DNA of 61,235 nt, taken from an uncultured Flavobacteriaceae bacterium (GTDB lineage: Bacteria > Bacteroidota > Bacteroidia > Flavobacteriales > Flavobacteriaceae). Shown piece by piece: positions 30,241 through 40,709 of this stretch; the stretch's first letter is position 1; every line of letters begins with the position of its first letter. The notes beneath the pieces were generated by a model, which was not told the DNA's origin, ran no database searches, and saw nothing but the letters and a program-made list of their open reading frames with translations. Where the stretch lies: the NCBI GenBank assembly GCA_963974735.1, contig CAXBEL010000001.1, forward strand, positions 1-61,235, read 5' to 3'. A program made the position numbers and the translations under genes.

Positions 30241-30699
30241 TTAGCTTAAAATTTCTGCAACCTGTGTATTTATCCATTCCAGAAATCTTTCATCGGCTTC
30301 TGTGAAAGGATCAGGAGTGTTTGAGTCTATATCTATTTGACCTATATTTTCTCCATTTACAAAGAGTGGGATTACAATTTCAGCCTTAACAGTTATACTA
30401 CAAGCAATATAATTATCCTGTGCGTTTACATCAGGAACGACAAAATTCTGATTTGAAACCGCTACCTGACCACAAATACCTTTACCAAATGGAATAATGG
30501 TATGATCTGTAGGCTCGCCCGCATAGGCTCTCAATTTTAGTTCGTTTTTATCCCCATTTTTAAAATAAAAACCCACCCAAAAGTAATATTCAATATTCTC
30601 ACGCAGAATGCTACAAACTTGTTCTAAACGATGCTCTACAGAAAGACTTTCACTATTTAATATTGATGATACTTTAGGCTTAAGGGCTTCAAAACTCAT
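30241..30699 (-). CDS. GAF-domain protein (free methionine-R-sulfoxide reductase-like)
   Basis: WVGFY, IPFGKGICG, VPDV, YIACS, IDIDS. Confidence 0.85.
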   Translation of the reverse strand: MSFEALKPKVSSILNSESLSVEHRLEQVCSILRENIEYYFWVGFYFKNGDKNELKLRAYAGEPTDHTIIPFGKGICGQVAVSNQNFVVPDVNAQDNYIACSITVKAEIVIPLFVNGENIGQIDIDSNTPDPFTEADERFLEWINTQVAEILS

Positions 30700-30739
30700 T
30701 TTTCTTGTATTTTAGGGGCCAAAACGACCTCATTTATTG

Positions 30740-31282
30740 ATGTTAAAATATATTCGCAAATATAAGTCGGTACTTTGGTTTGTCCTTACATTTTTAGGAA
30801 CCTATTTACTCCTTTCTGCAGCATACAATCAATATTTAAAACTGGAAACGTCAGCGGAATACTATCCTGATTATATCACACATCAGGTAGCGGTTCAAAG
30901 TGAATGGTTTATTAACCAATTAGGCTATACAGCCTCTATTGAGCCACACGAAGAAGAGCCCTCTATGAAATTAATTATAAATGATCAATTTCTTGCACGA
31001 GTGGTAGAAGGCTGCAATGCGGTGAGTGTAATAATTTTATTCTGTGCATTTGTTCTTGCTTTTTTTGATGGATGGAAAAAAAGTTTGGTGTTTTTAATGG
31101 TAGGAACACTTGCTATTTATATTATCAACGTTATACGCATAGGTTTGCTCGCAATCGCAATCTATGAATTTCCAGAATACAGCGATTTCTTGCACACAAT
31201 AGTATTTCCTTTGGTTATTTACGGTTTTGTTTTTTTGCTTTGGATTTATTGGATTCATCAATTTTCAATTAAAAGAAAGTGA
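30740..31282 (+). CDS. xrtF: Exosortase family protein XrtF
   Basis: RVVEGCNAVS (Cys), NVIRI (Arg), FLH (His); four TM segments. Confidence 0.85.
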   Translation: MLKYIRKYKSVLWFVLTFLGTYLLLSAAYNQYLKLETSAEYYPDYITHQVAVQSEWFINQLGYTASIEPHEEEPSMKLIINDQFLARVVEGCNAVSVIILFCAFVLAFFDGWKKSLVFLMVGTLAIYIINVIRIGLLAIAIYEFPEYSDFLHTIVFPLVIYGFVFLLWIYWIHQFSIKRK

Positions 31283-31713
31283 AAGGATTCTTCAATATCA
31301 TAATAGTTCTTTTTCTCTTTACGCTATTAGTGATGGTGCGCTTTTATCAAGAAAATTTATTTTATGATCCTTTATTGGAATTTTTTAAAACAGATTTTTT
31401 ACAGGTTTCTAGCTTGCCAAGCTTACAATTAGGTAAACTTTTGTTATCCCTTACCTTTAGATTTATATTAAATTCATTTATCTCTTTGCTCATACTTTTT
31501 GTATTATTTAGGGATTTAGGCATTGTTAAGTTTGCAGGTATTTTATTTATATTTTTTTATGCAGTTCTATTAGCCGCTTTCATAATATTAATAGAGAATT
31601 ATCATTCAGATAATTATATGGCACTTTTTTATGTACGGCGCTTTTTAATTCAACCTATTTTTATTTTGATTCTTATTCCTGCTTTTTATTATTATAAACG
31701 CTCTGATAATTAG
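31279..31713 (+). CDS. Exosortase F system-associated membrane protein
   Basis: LFYDPLL and FYVRRFLIQP motifs; GTG start overlaps the xrtF stop. Confidence 0.8.
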   Translation: MKGFFNIIIVLFLFTLLVMVRFYQENLFYDPLLEFFKTDFLQVSSLPSLQLGKLLLSLTFRFILNSFISLLILFVLFRDLGIVKFAGILFIFFYAVLLAAFIILIENYHSDNYMALFYVRRFLIQPIFILILIPAFYYYKRSDN

Positions 31714-31756
31714 AAGCATCTGTATATTTGCGGTTTAAAGAATAAAATAATAATCA

Positions 31757-32299
31757 ATGAAAAGAGTAGGTGTGTTAATAATGCTATTGATGGTAATTTC
31801 TTGTGGAGAAAACAAGACAAAATCCAATGTCATAGCTGTAGATACAAGTTCGGCCACAAGTAAAGAAAAACAAGTTTATGAAGCTGCAGAACGTAAAGCG
31901 ACTTTTAAAGACTCGGCTGTAGGGTTGGTTTACGATAATTATAATGCCGTAAAAACCGCGTTGGTCAACACAGATCCAATGGGAACCAAATTGGCTGCCG
32001 AAGATTTAAGTGCTGCCTTAAATAGTTTAGAAGCGAACAATGCTTTAAAAAAGTCAGTTGAAAAACTAAGTGCTGAAGAAGACATAGAAGTTCAGCGAGA
32101 GATTTTTCAAGAAGTAACTGCCGGTGTTAAATCCCTTGTGCAGAATAATTTAGAGGAAGGCAAGCTATATTATCAGTATTGTCCTATGGCTTTTCAAGGC
32201 AAAGGAGGGTATTGGCTTTCAAACGAAGAAAAAATACGCAATCCTTACTGGGGTGATAAGATGTTAACCTGTGGAGTAGTGCAGGGAGAGATTAAATAA
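31757..32299 (+). CDS. DUF3347-type lipoprotein (putative metal binding)
   Basis: Lipobox VISC; YCPMAF...GYWLS...IRNPYWGDKMLTCG; TATATTTG at 31723-31730. Confidence 0.75.
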   Translation: MKRVGVLIMLLMVISCGENKTKSNVIAVDTSSATSKEKQVYEAAERKATFKDSAVGLVYDNYNAVKTALVNTDPMGTKLAAEDLSAALNSLEANNALKKSVEKLSAEEDIEVQREIFQEVTAGVKSLVQNNLEEGKLYYQYCPMAFQGKGGYWLSNEEKIRNPYWGDKMLTCGVVQGEIK

Positions 32300-32320
32300 G
32301 ACTTAGGATTGATTCTAATT

Positions 32321-32357
32321 AAAAAACCACTTCAGCGCGCTGAAGTGGTTTTCTTTT
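32321..32357. terminator. Bidirectional terminator (perfect 30-bp palindrome) between the DUF3347 gene and groEL
   Basis: AAAACCACTTCAGCG/CGCTGAAGTGGTTTT at 32323-32352. Confidence 0.85.
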
Positions 32358-32393
32358 ATATAGGTTTTCGCTAATGCGAAAGATGATGTTATA

Positions 32394-34037
<1,644 letters not shown>

Positions 34038-34119
34038 TTAAATTTTTAATTTTTTCGCTATTGCGAAAATATTCTGTTTTGTTAAAATTGATTGGAAATT
34101 ATTAGAAGTAAAACGTGGT

Positions 34120-34395
34120 TTAGATAACGGCTAGAATGTCATCTTCACGCATAATAAGATAATCTGTACCTTCTAATTTTAATTCAGTACCAGCATACTT
34201 TCCATAAAGTACGGTGTCACCTTCTTTTACAGTCATCTCGTGATCTTTTTTGCCACTTCCCACAGCAACCACTTTTCCTTTTTGTGGTTTTTCTTTAGCG
34301 GTATCAGGAATGTAGATACCAGAAGCTGTTTTTGTTTCGGCGGCCATTGGCTCAACCAAAACACGATCTGAAAGAGGTTTAATGTTTACTCCCAT
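34120..34395 (-). CDS. groS: Co-chaperonin GroES
   Basis: [36 protein letters not shown]. Confidence 0.97.
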   Translation of the reverse strand: MGVNIKPLSDRVLVEPMAAETKTASGIYIPDTAKEKPQKGKVVAVGSGKKDHEMTVKEGDTVLYGKYAGTELKLEGTDYLIMREDDILAVI

Positions 34396-34449
34396 TGTGA
34401 TATGATTTTTTTAGTTTAACAATTTTTCTATTGTGTCACGTGCTAATGG

Positions 34450-34464
34450 GCAGAAATTATGCCA
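34450..34464 (-). promoter_or_regulatory. Sigma54-type -24/-12 promoter of groESL
   Basis: Minus strand TGGCATA-ATTT-CTGC, with GG and GC at canonical spacing. Confidence 0.6.
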
Positions 34465-34488
34465 CCTCAATACGGCTGACAAAAAGGC

Positions 34489-34517
34489 AAAAAAAAGACC
34501 GCAAATTTGCGGTCTTT
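34489..34517 (-). terminator. Intrinsic terminator after secG
   Basis: AAAGACCGCAAA/TTTGCGGTCTTT palindrome with an 8-U tail on the minus strand. Confidence 0.85.
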
Positions 34518-34541
34518 ATAATTATATAGTCAAGAATGTCA

Positions 34542-34889
34542 TTAATTCTCTGTGGTGTCCATTGAAGTTGCTGGAGCAACATCAGCTGGAGGGCTTTGAA
34601 CAGGAACAATATTTTCAACATCTTCACTGTTTATTACTTTCGATTCTGTGGTAGATCCTCCTCCAAAAATCGTTACGTTAGAGATAAGAATTAAGACCAA
34701 TAAAAGTGTAGCAAGACCCCAAGTACTTTTGTCTAAAAAATCTGTGGTCTTTTTTACCCCACCTACCTGTTGAGTACCTCCACCACCAAAAGAGGAGGAT
34801 AAACCACCACCTTTAGGATTTTGAACCATAATTACTACTATAAGTAGAAATGCAACTACAACGATAAGCCCTAAGAATACTAAAAACAT
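34542..34889 (-). CDS. secG: Preprotein translocase subunit SecG
   Basis: VIMVQNPKGGGLSSSFGG, FLDKSTW; two TM helices. Confidence 0.92.
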   Translation of the reverse strand: MFLVFLGLIVVVAFLLIVVIMVQNPKGGGLSSSFGGGGTQQVGGVKKTTDFLDKSTWGLATLLLVLILISNVTIFGGGSTTESKVINSEDVENIVPVQSPPADVAPATSMDTTEN

Positions 34890-34974
34890 AATTATGCAAT
34901 TTTATTAAGTAAGTGCCTTTATTGATTAAACACTTAACGCTGTTCTTATTCTAGAACAGATATTTTTTAATAGT

Positions 34975-35838
34975 TTATTTTTCGTTCAATTTTTCTATCG
35001 CCCGAATTTGGTCTGCAAAGAAACCACTTTTTTCGGGATATTTCAAACTTAAAATTTTATATGCTTGTTTAGCTTTTTTATAATTTTTTTGCTCCACATA
35101 AACCCGCGCCAATGTTTCGGTCATTAAAGTTTCTGATACCATTCCCTGATCATCGATTACGCTTTTTTTTGCGCTTTCCTCAGGCGGTTTAATTTTTATT
35201 TTAGGATTGGTATTGATAAACTTATCTATTAGTTTTAGTCTCTGTTTACGTTGGGGATCAGAAATATTTGATTTTGGATTTGGTTCGTTATTTTCTCTTT
35301 CAATAGGATCAAAGGAGGTTATTTTTAACCATTCAGTAAAAGAATGTGTCTCCTTATCAGTAAAATCCAAAGGTTTTCCTACTTCTAATATATCTTCTGG
35401 ATTCCCGTTTTTAGAATTCTCTTCATTCTCATTCTCTGAAGATAATTCCTTTCTAATAAGAAACTCCGGATCTAAAACAGTATTGGCCTTGTGCAATTCT
35501 TCAACTTCTACTTGAGAAGAAAGGTCAAGGGCATCGCTCACCGGCATATTGTATAGATGCTCTTCCTGTTTTTTAATTTGATTGCTTATTTCATTTTGAT
35601 TAAAAACAGTTGAGGTGATAAAATCAAAAAGAACTGAACGATCTTGAGTGTGGGCAGCAGTGCGCTTCAATTCCTGATTATAAACGAAACTCCCCTGGTT
35701 TTTCAAACCTTTTAAGTAAATCGTGCGTGCGGCTTGAAAATAAGGGAATTCTTCCAGAATTGAAGTTATCTGGCTGGTTTGTGCAGCGGTAATGCGCTCT
35801 GGATGTTCTAATAAATATGTAAAGGCCTCTTTGTTCAT
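34975..35838 (-). CDS. Conserved Bacteroidota TPR-containing protein
   Basis: EEFPYFQ and MTETLARVYVEQKNYKKAKQAYKILSLKYPEKS motifs; position between lptE and secG. Confidence 0.7.
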   Translation of the reverse strand: MNKEAFTYLLEHPERITAAQTSQITSILEEFPYFQAARTIYLKGLKNQGSFVYNQELKRTAAHTQDRSVLFDFITSTVFNQNEISNQIKKQEEHLYNMPVSDALDLSSQVEVEELHKANTVLDPEFLIRKELSSENENEENSKNGNPEDILEVGKPLDFTDKETHSFTEWLKITSFDPIERENNEPNPKSNISDPQRKQRLKLIDKFINTNPKIKIKPPEESAKKSVIDDQGMVSETLMTETLARVYVEQKNYKKAKQAYKILSLKYPEKSGFFADQIRAIEKLNEK

Positions 35839-36351
35839 TTACCAGTTAGCAAGGGATTCATTAAAGATATCTTGCGTAATACGTTCAAAAATTTCTGCTA
35901 CTGCATCGTCCAGATCAGCTCCCACCAGCTGTTGTGTTCCTGGTCTATCTACAAAAAATGAAAATCTTTTTTCGAAGTCTTCACTGCCATCTTCTTTTAA
36001 AGTATTTATGAATCGGACATTCACAGCTATGGTCAATCTGTTTTGTGCAGCTAAATTATCTGAAGTTGCAGTCTGGGGGGCAATATAATAATCAACAATT
36101 TCCCCTTCATAAATAAGATCACCCCCATTATTTGTTAGGCTTAAACTTGTTTGATTCTGTATAAGATCCTGCAGGGCAAATCTGAACGTTCTATCTAAGC
36201 CAGGTTCTATAAGCGGAGCGTTATTCGGAAAAAAGTTTACCTGAAAAGTCTCTGTGCCGGGAGCTATGGAGATCCCGCTAAAGGAATAAAAACCACAGCT
36301 ATTTAATAATAAAGTGCTGGCAAGAAGAAGGTAAACTTTTATTTTTTTCAT
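35839..36351 (-). CDS. lptE: LPS assembly lipoprotein LptE family
   Basis: Lipobox LNSC, YSFSG, NRLTIAVNVRF, DIFNESLANW. Confidence 0.75.
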   Translation of the reverse strand: MKKIKVYLLLASTLLLNSCGFYSFSGISIAPGTETFQVNFFPNNAPLIEPGLDRTFRFALQDLIQNQTSLSLTNNGGDLIYEGEIVDYYIAPQTATSDNLAAQNRLTIAVNVRFINTLKEDGSEDFEKRFSFFVDRPGTQQLVGADLDDAVAEIFERITQDIFNESLANW

Positions 36352-36408
36352 GAATTGTGCTTTCTGCTTTTGATTTTATAACGTGCAAGAAACTATTTAA
36401 TTTTTAAA

Positions 36409-37662
36409 CTAAAGATCATATTGTTTAATCTTTCTATAAAGGGTACGCTCACTTATCCCCAGCTCCTGTGCAGCTGCTTTACGTTTACCTGCATGCCGCT
36501 CTAATGATTTTTGTATAAGTTCAAGTTCTTTTTCCTGTAGTGATAGGGTTTCTTCTTCTTCAACATCTTCAGCAAAATGATACTTGTCATTAGCATTTTC
36601 TGTAATGGTTGTCTCTTGAGGAATTTGAAGTACTTCGGTTATATCTTCAGCACTTTCATAGGCGTCACTTTCATCTTCGCTATATATCTTTTTTATGAGG
36701 GATTTATTTTCTTCCTGTACATCTTCAGTATTGCCTTTTTCCATCAATTTAAGCGTGAGCTTTTTTAGATCATTAAGATCGCTCTTCATGTCAAAAAGTA
36801 CTTTATACAGAATTTCACGCTCACTGCTAAAGTCACCTTCACTCTTTTTAGGACCAACAACTGCCGGCAGATTAGAGCCAGAATCCGGAAGGTAAGAACG
36901 CAGTTTATCCAGCGTAATACTCCTGTTTTGTTCAAGAACAGATATCTGCTCCGCTACATTTCTTAATTGTCTAATGTTACCACTCCAGCGATATTTTAGA
37001 AGGGTTTGTATAGCATCTTCTTCTAACCTAATTGTGGGCATTTTGTATTTATTTGCAAAATCTGAAGCAAACTTTCTAAACAGCAAATGGATGTCATTTT
37101 TGCGATCTCGCAGGGGTGGAAGATGAATTTCTACCGTACTCAGGCGGTAATAAAGATCTTCCCTAAATTTTTCATTCTTTATTGCTTCAAACATATTCAC
37201 ATTTGTTGCGGCAACAATGCGTACATCGGTTTTTTGAGTTTTTGAAGATCCTACTTTTAAAAATTCTCCATTCTCAAGCACCCTTAATAATCGAACTTGG
37301 GTAGGTAAGGGCAATTCTCCTACTTCATCAAGAAAAATTGTTCCTCCATCTGCTTCTTCAAAATAACCACTTCTTGTAGAGGTCGCTCCCGTAAATGCGC
37401 CTTTCTCATGGCCAAAAAGTTCACTATCTATGGTGCCCTCGGGTATTGCGCCACAGTTAACGGCTATATATTTATTGTGCTTTCTATGAGAAAGCGAATG
37501 TATAATTCTGGGGATACTTTCTTTACCTACACCACTTTCTCCCGTTACGAGAACAGAGATGTCTGTAGGAGCTACCTGAATGGCTTTTTCTACAGATCTA
37601 TTTAGTTTTGGGTCGTCCCCTATAATTCCAAATCGTTGCTTAATCGCGTGTACAGATTCCAT
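36409..37662 (-). CDS. Sigma54-dependent AAA+ activator with Fis-type HTH and no receiver domain
   Basis: GESGVGKE, SELFGHEKGAFTGA, FLDEVGE, FREDLYYRL, WSGNIRQL, LGISERTLYRK. Confidence 0.92.
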   Translation of the reverse strand: MESVHAIKQRFGIIGDDPKLNRSVEKAIQVAPTDISVLVTGESGVGKESIPRIIHSLSHRKHNKYIAVNCGAIPEGTIDSELFGHEKGAFTGATSTRSGYFEEADGGTIFLDEVGELPLPTQVRLLRVLENGEFLKVGSSKTQKTDVRIVAATNVNMFEAIKNEKFREDLYYRLSTVEIHLPPLRDRKNDIHLLFRKFASDFANKYKMPTIRLEEDAIQTLLKYRWSGNIRQLRNVAEQISVLEQNRSITLDKLRSYLPDSGSNLPAVVGPKKSEGDFSSEREILYKVLFDMKSDLNDLKKLTLKLMEKGNTEDVQEENKSLIKKIYSEDESDAYESAEDITEVLQIPQETTITENANDKYHFAEDVEEEETLSLQEKELELIQKSLERHAGKRKAAAQELGISERTLYRKIKQYDL

Positions 37663-37676
37663 ATTTTGGGTAACTG

Positions 37677-39122
37677 TTAATTGTTTTCAGAATATCCTAC
37701 TGCTCTTCCTATAATGGTAGTGGTTGTGCATTCTTCTATATGAACCATTACAAAATCTCCAACCTTATAATGTTCTTTTGGAAAAACCGCTACCGTATTT
37801 TGAGTATTTCGACCACTCCATTGTTTGTCACTCTTTTTAGATGATTTTTCAATAAGGATTTCTATTGTCTTGCCTACTTGTTTTTTTGTATTGTAAAAAG
37901 AATGTTCCTGCTGAATATCTATAATTTCTGCAAGACGTCTTTTTTTAACAGCTTCGGGTACATCATCTTCTAGTTTACGTGCAGCCAGAGTTCCCGGTCT
38001 TTCACTATAAGCAAACATAAACCCGAAGTCATATTTTACATACTTCATTAGGCTTACTGTATCTTGATGGTCTTCTTCTGTTTCTGTTGGGAAACCGGTA
38101 ATCATATCTTGAGAAATAGCGCAATCTGGAATGATCGCTCGTATATCGTCAATGAGTTTAAAATATTCTTCACGCGTATGAAGGCGGTTCATTGCTTTAA
38201 GAATGCGATTACTTCCACTTTGAACAGGCAAATGAATGTACTTGCAGATATTAGGGTATTTTGCCATTGTCCTGATAACATCCAGCGTCATATCCTGTGG
38301 ATTTGATGTCGAGAATCGAATGCGCATTTTAGGCTGAGCTTGAGCAACAAGTTCCAGCAAACCAGAAAAGCTCACTGCCGTGGCCTTTTCCATTTCACTG
38401 GCTTTGTCATAATCTTTTTTAAGTCCGCCACCGTACCAAAGGTAACTATCAACATTTTGACCTAAAAGGGTAATTTCCTTAAACCCTTTAGCAGCCAGAT
38501 CGTTAACTTCCTCTAATATACTTTGAGGATCTCTACTGCGCTCGCGACCTCTTGTAAAAGGCACTACGCAAAATGTGCACATATTATCACAACCACGGGT
38601 AATACTAACAAATGCTGTTACACCATTACTTTGCAGACGCACTGGAGAAATATCGCCATAGGTTTCTTCTTTAGAAAGAATTACGTTAACAGCATTACGA
38701 CCATCTTCAACCTCGCTTATTAGATTGGGGAGGTCTTTATAAGCATCTGGGCCTACAACAAGATCAACAATCTTTTCTTCTTCCAGAAACTTGCTTTTCA
38801 GACGCTCTGCCATGCAGCCCAAAACACCCACTTTCATTCCTGGGTTAATTTTTTTAACCGCATTGTATTTTTCTAATCTCTTACGTACGGTAAGTTCTGC
38901 CTTCTCACGAATGGAGCAGGTATTTACTAGAACAAGATCAGCATCCTCAAGATTTTTAGTGGTGTTATAACCTTCTTTTGCCAAGATGGAAGCAACAATC
39001 TCGCTGTCGCTAAAGTTCATCTGGCAACCGTAACTTTCTATAAATAGCTTTTTGGGATTAGCTTGTTGTCCTTCTAATACTAAAGCTTGTCCCTGAATTT
39101 TTTCATCTATTATCTTCTCCAT
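37677..39122 (-). CDS. miaB: tRNA methylthiotransferase MiaB
   Basis: [24 protein letters not shown] radical SAM motif, TRAM domain; TATCTTTG at 39152-39159. Confidence 0.96.
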   Translation of the reverse strand: MEKIIDEKIQGQALVLEGQQANPKKLFIESYGCQMNFSDSEIVASILAKEGYNTTKNLEDADLVLVNTCSIREKAELTVRKRLEKYNAVKKINPGMKVGVLGCMAERLKSKFLEEEKIVDLVVGPDAYKDLPNLISEVEDGRNAVNVILSKEETYGDISPVRLQSNGVTAFVSITRGCDNMCTFCVVPFTRGRERSRDPQSILEEVNDLAAKGFKEITLLGQNVDSYLWYGGGLKKDYDKASEMEKATAVSFSGLLELVAQAQPKMRIRFSTSNPQDMTLDVIRTMAKYPNICKYIHLPVQSGSNRILKAMNRLHTREEYFKLIDDIRAIIPDCAISQDMITGFPTETEEDHQDTVSLMKYVKYDFGFMFAYSERPGTLAARKLEDDVPEAVKKRRLAEIIDIQQEHSFYNTKKQVGKTIEILIEKSSKKSDKQWSGRNTQNTVAVFPKEHYKVGDFVMVHIEECTTTTIIGRAVGYSENN

Positions 39123-39250
39123 AATTTTTTCCTTCTCGCTAAATAAGTTGGCAAAGATACAACGAATGGATTTTGTGCCAAAGTGACAGTCGCGATAAAT
39201 AAATAATTTATAAACTTCTTCTATTTTTTTAAAAAAATCTTAAATTTTGA

Positions 39251-39278
39251 AGCAACGTTTTGCTAATCAATGCATCTA
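39251..39278 (+). promoter_or_regulatory. Putative ECF promoter
   Basis: AGCAAC-N16-CATCTA; spacer ends (GTT...AATG) shared with 28925-28951. Confidence 0.5.
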
Positions 39279-39296
39279 TTTATAAAAGTCTTAATT

Positions 39297-40535
39297 ATGA
39301 AACATTTTTTCTTCCTCTTTCTTATATCCATAGCATTTTTAAGTTGTGATAATGATGATTCTAACTATGAGCTCGTCACAGTTGCAAAAGCTAAAGTGAT
39401 TTCTAAAGCAGATTTAAGAGCACAGATAGAAGTCGAATCTCCAAAACCTATCACAGACTCTGGTAAGTTTTATTTTTATCAGGATTACATTTTTGTTAAT
39501 GATGGCGAAGGTGTTCATATAATAGATAATCAAAACTCTAATGCTCCTCAAAAAATTGCTTATTTAAGAGTGCCTGGAACTAAGGATATGGAGGTTAAAA
39601 ATGATATTCTATATGTCGATAGTTATTCGGATTTGGTTTTATTTGATCTGTCTGATATAAATAATGTTGATCGCCTAGATGTTTTTGAAAATGTTTTTAA
39701 CGGCTATAATAGGGTAATCCCCGGGGTTGAACAACAGGTTGATTTTTATGATTATGGTGCTTATGATTTTGATCAAAATATTATAGTAGGATGGGAATAC
39801 TCGCAGGAAATTCGAAAGATTGAGCCTCAACCGGTATATTTTGATGATGTTGCATCTGAGAATTCTGATGGTGCAGGTGGCGATGTGGGTGAAGGAGGTT
39901 CTTTTGCCAGTTTTAAAATCGTAAAAGATTATCTCTATACTGTTGATCGTTCTACTTTATATGTTTTTGATATTTCTAACGGAAATGAACCTGTTGCGAT
40001 GGGGCAGGAAAATGTGGGTTGGAATATTGAAACCATTTTTAATAAAGAAGATTATTTGTACATAGGTAGTTCCAATGGAATGTTTATTTATGATATCGCA
40101 AATGCTGCTTCACCGTCTAAGGTAAGTTCTATATCTCATGTTACTGGCTGTGACCCTGTGGTTGTAGAGGGTGATTATGCCTATTTGACTTTGAGAGGTG
40201 GTAATAATTGTGGACAGAATTTGAGTTTTCTTGAGGTGATAGATATAACCAATAAAAGTAATCCTTTGATTTTAGGAGATTACAATATGGACGAGCCTTA
40301 TGGGCTTGGTACACATTCAGATTATTTATTTGTTAGCGATGGTCCTAATGGTTTAAAAATATATGATAAAACCAACCCACGAGATTTGAAGCTGCTGGAC
40401 ATCAAAGAGGATCTTAATATTTTTGATGTAATTCCTTTAGAAGAGAAGCTGCTTCTTATAGGGGATGATGTGTTGCATCAATATTCTTATTCCGAAAATA
40501 ACTTAGAATTAATAAGTACATTCTCCCTTAACTAA
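39297..40535 (+). CDS. LVIVD-repeat beta-propeller lipoprotein
   Basis: Lipobox FLSC from ATG 39297; repeated YLY...LxVxDIS/T units; CDPVVVEGDYAYLTLRGG. Confidence 0.75.
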   Translation: MKHFFFLFLISIAFLSCDNDDSNYELVTVAKAKVISKADLRAQIEVESPKPITDSGKFYFYQDYIFVNDGEGVHIIDNQNSNAPQKIAYLRVPGTKDMEVKNDILYVDSYSDLVLFDLSDINNVDRLDVFENVFNGYNRVIPGVEQQVDFYDYGAYDFDQNIIVGWEYSQEIRKIEPQPVYFDDVASENSDGAGGDVGEGGSFASFKIVKDYLYTVDRSTLYVFDISNGNEPVAMGQENVGWNIETIFNKEDYLYIGSSNGMFIYDIANAASPSKVSSISHVTGCDPVVVEGDYAYLTLRGGNNCGQNLSFLEVIDITNKSNPLILGDYNMDEPYGLGTHSDYLFVSDGPNGLKIYDKTNPRDLKLLDIKEDLNIFDVIPLEEKLLLIGDDVLHQYSYSENNLELISTFSLN

Positions 40536-40559
40536 ATTAGGGTTTTTACACAGATTTTG

Positions 40560-40588
40560 GAGCCGTATTTTTACGGCTCTTTTATTTC
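40560..40588 (+). terminator. Intrinsic terminator after the LVIVD gene
   Basis: GAGCCGTA-TTTT-TACGGCTC followed by TTTTATTT. Confidence 0.75.
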
Positions 40589-40709
40589 TGGGGGCTCAAT
40601 TTTGATTTGATAATATTTTTTTACCATACTTTTGCATCTCAAAATATAGAGGTTATAGCTGAAAAATGATTGGAGTAGATATGCTCAGCAAGCCTTCAAA
40701 TAAAGCAAA

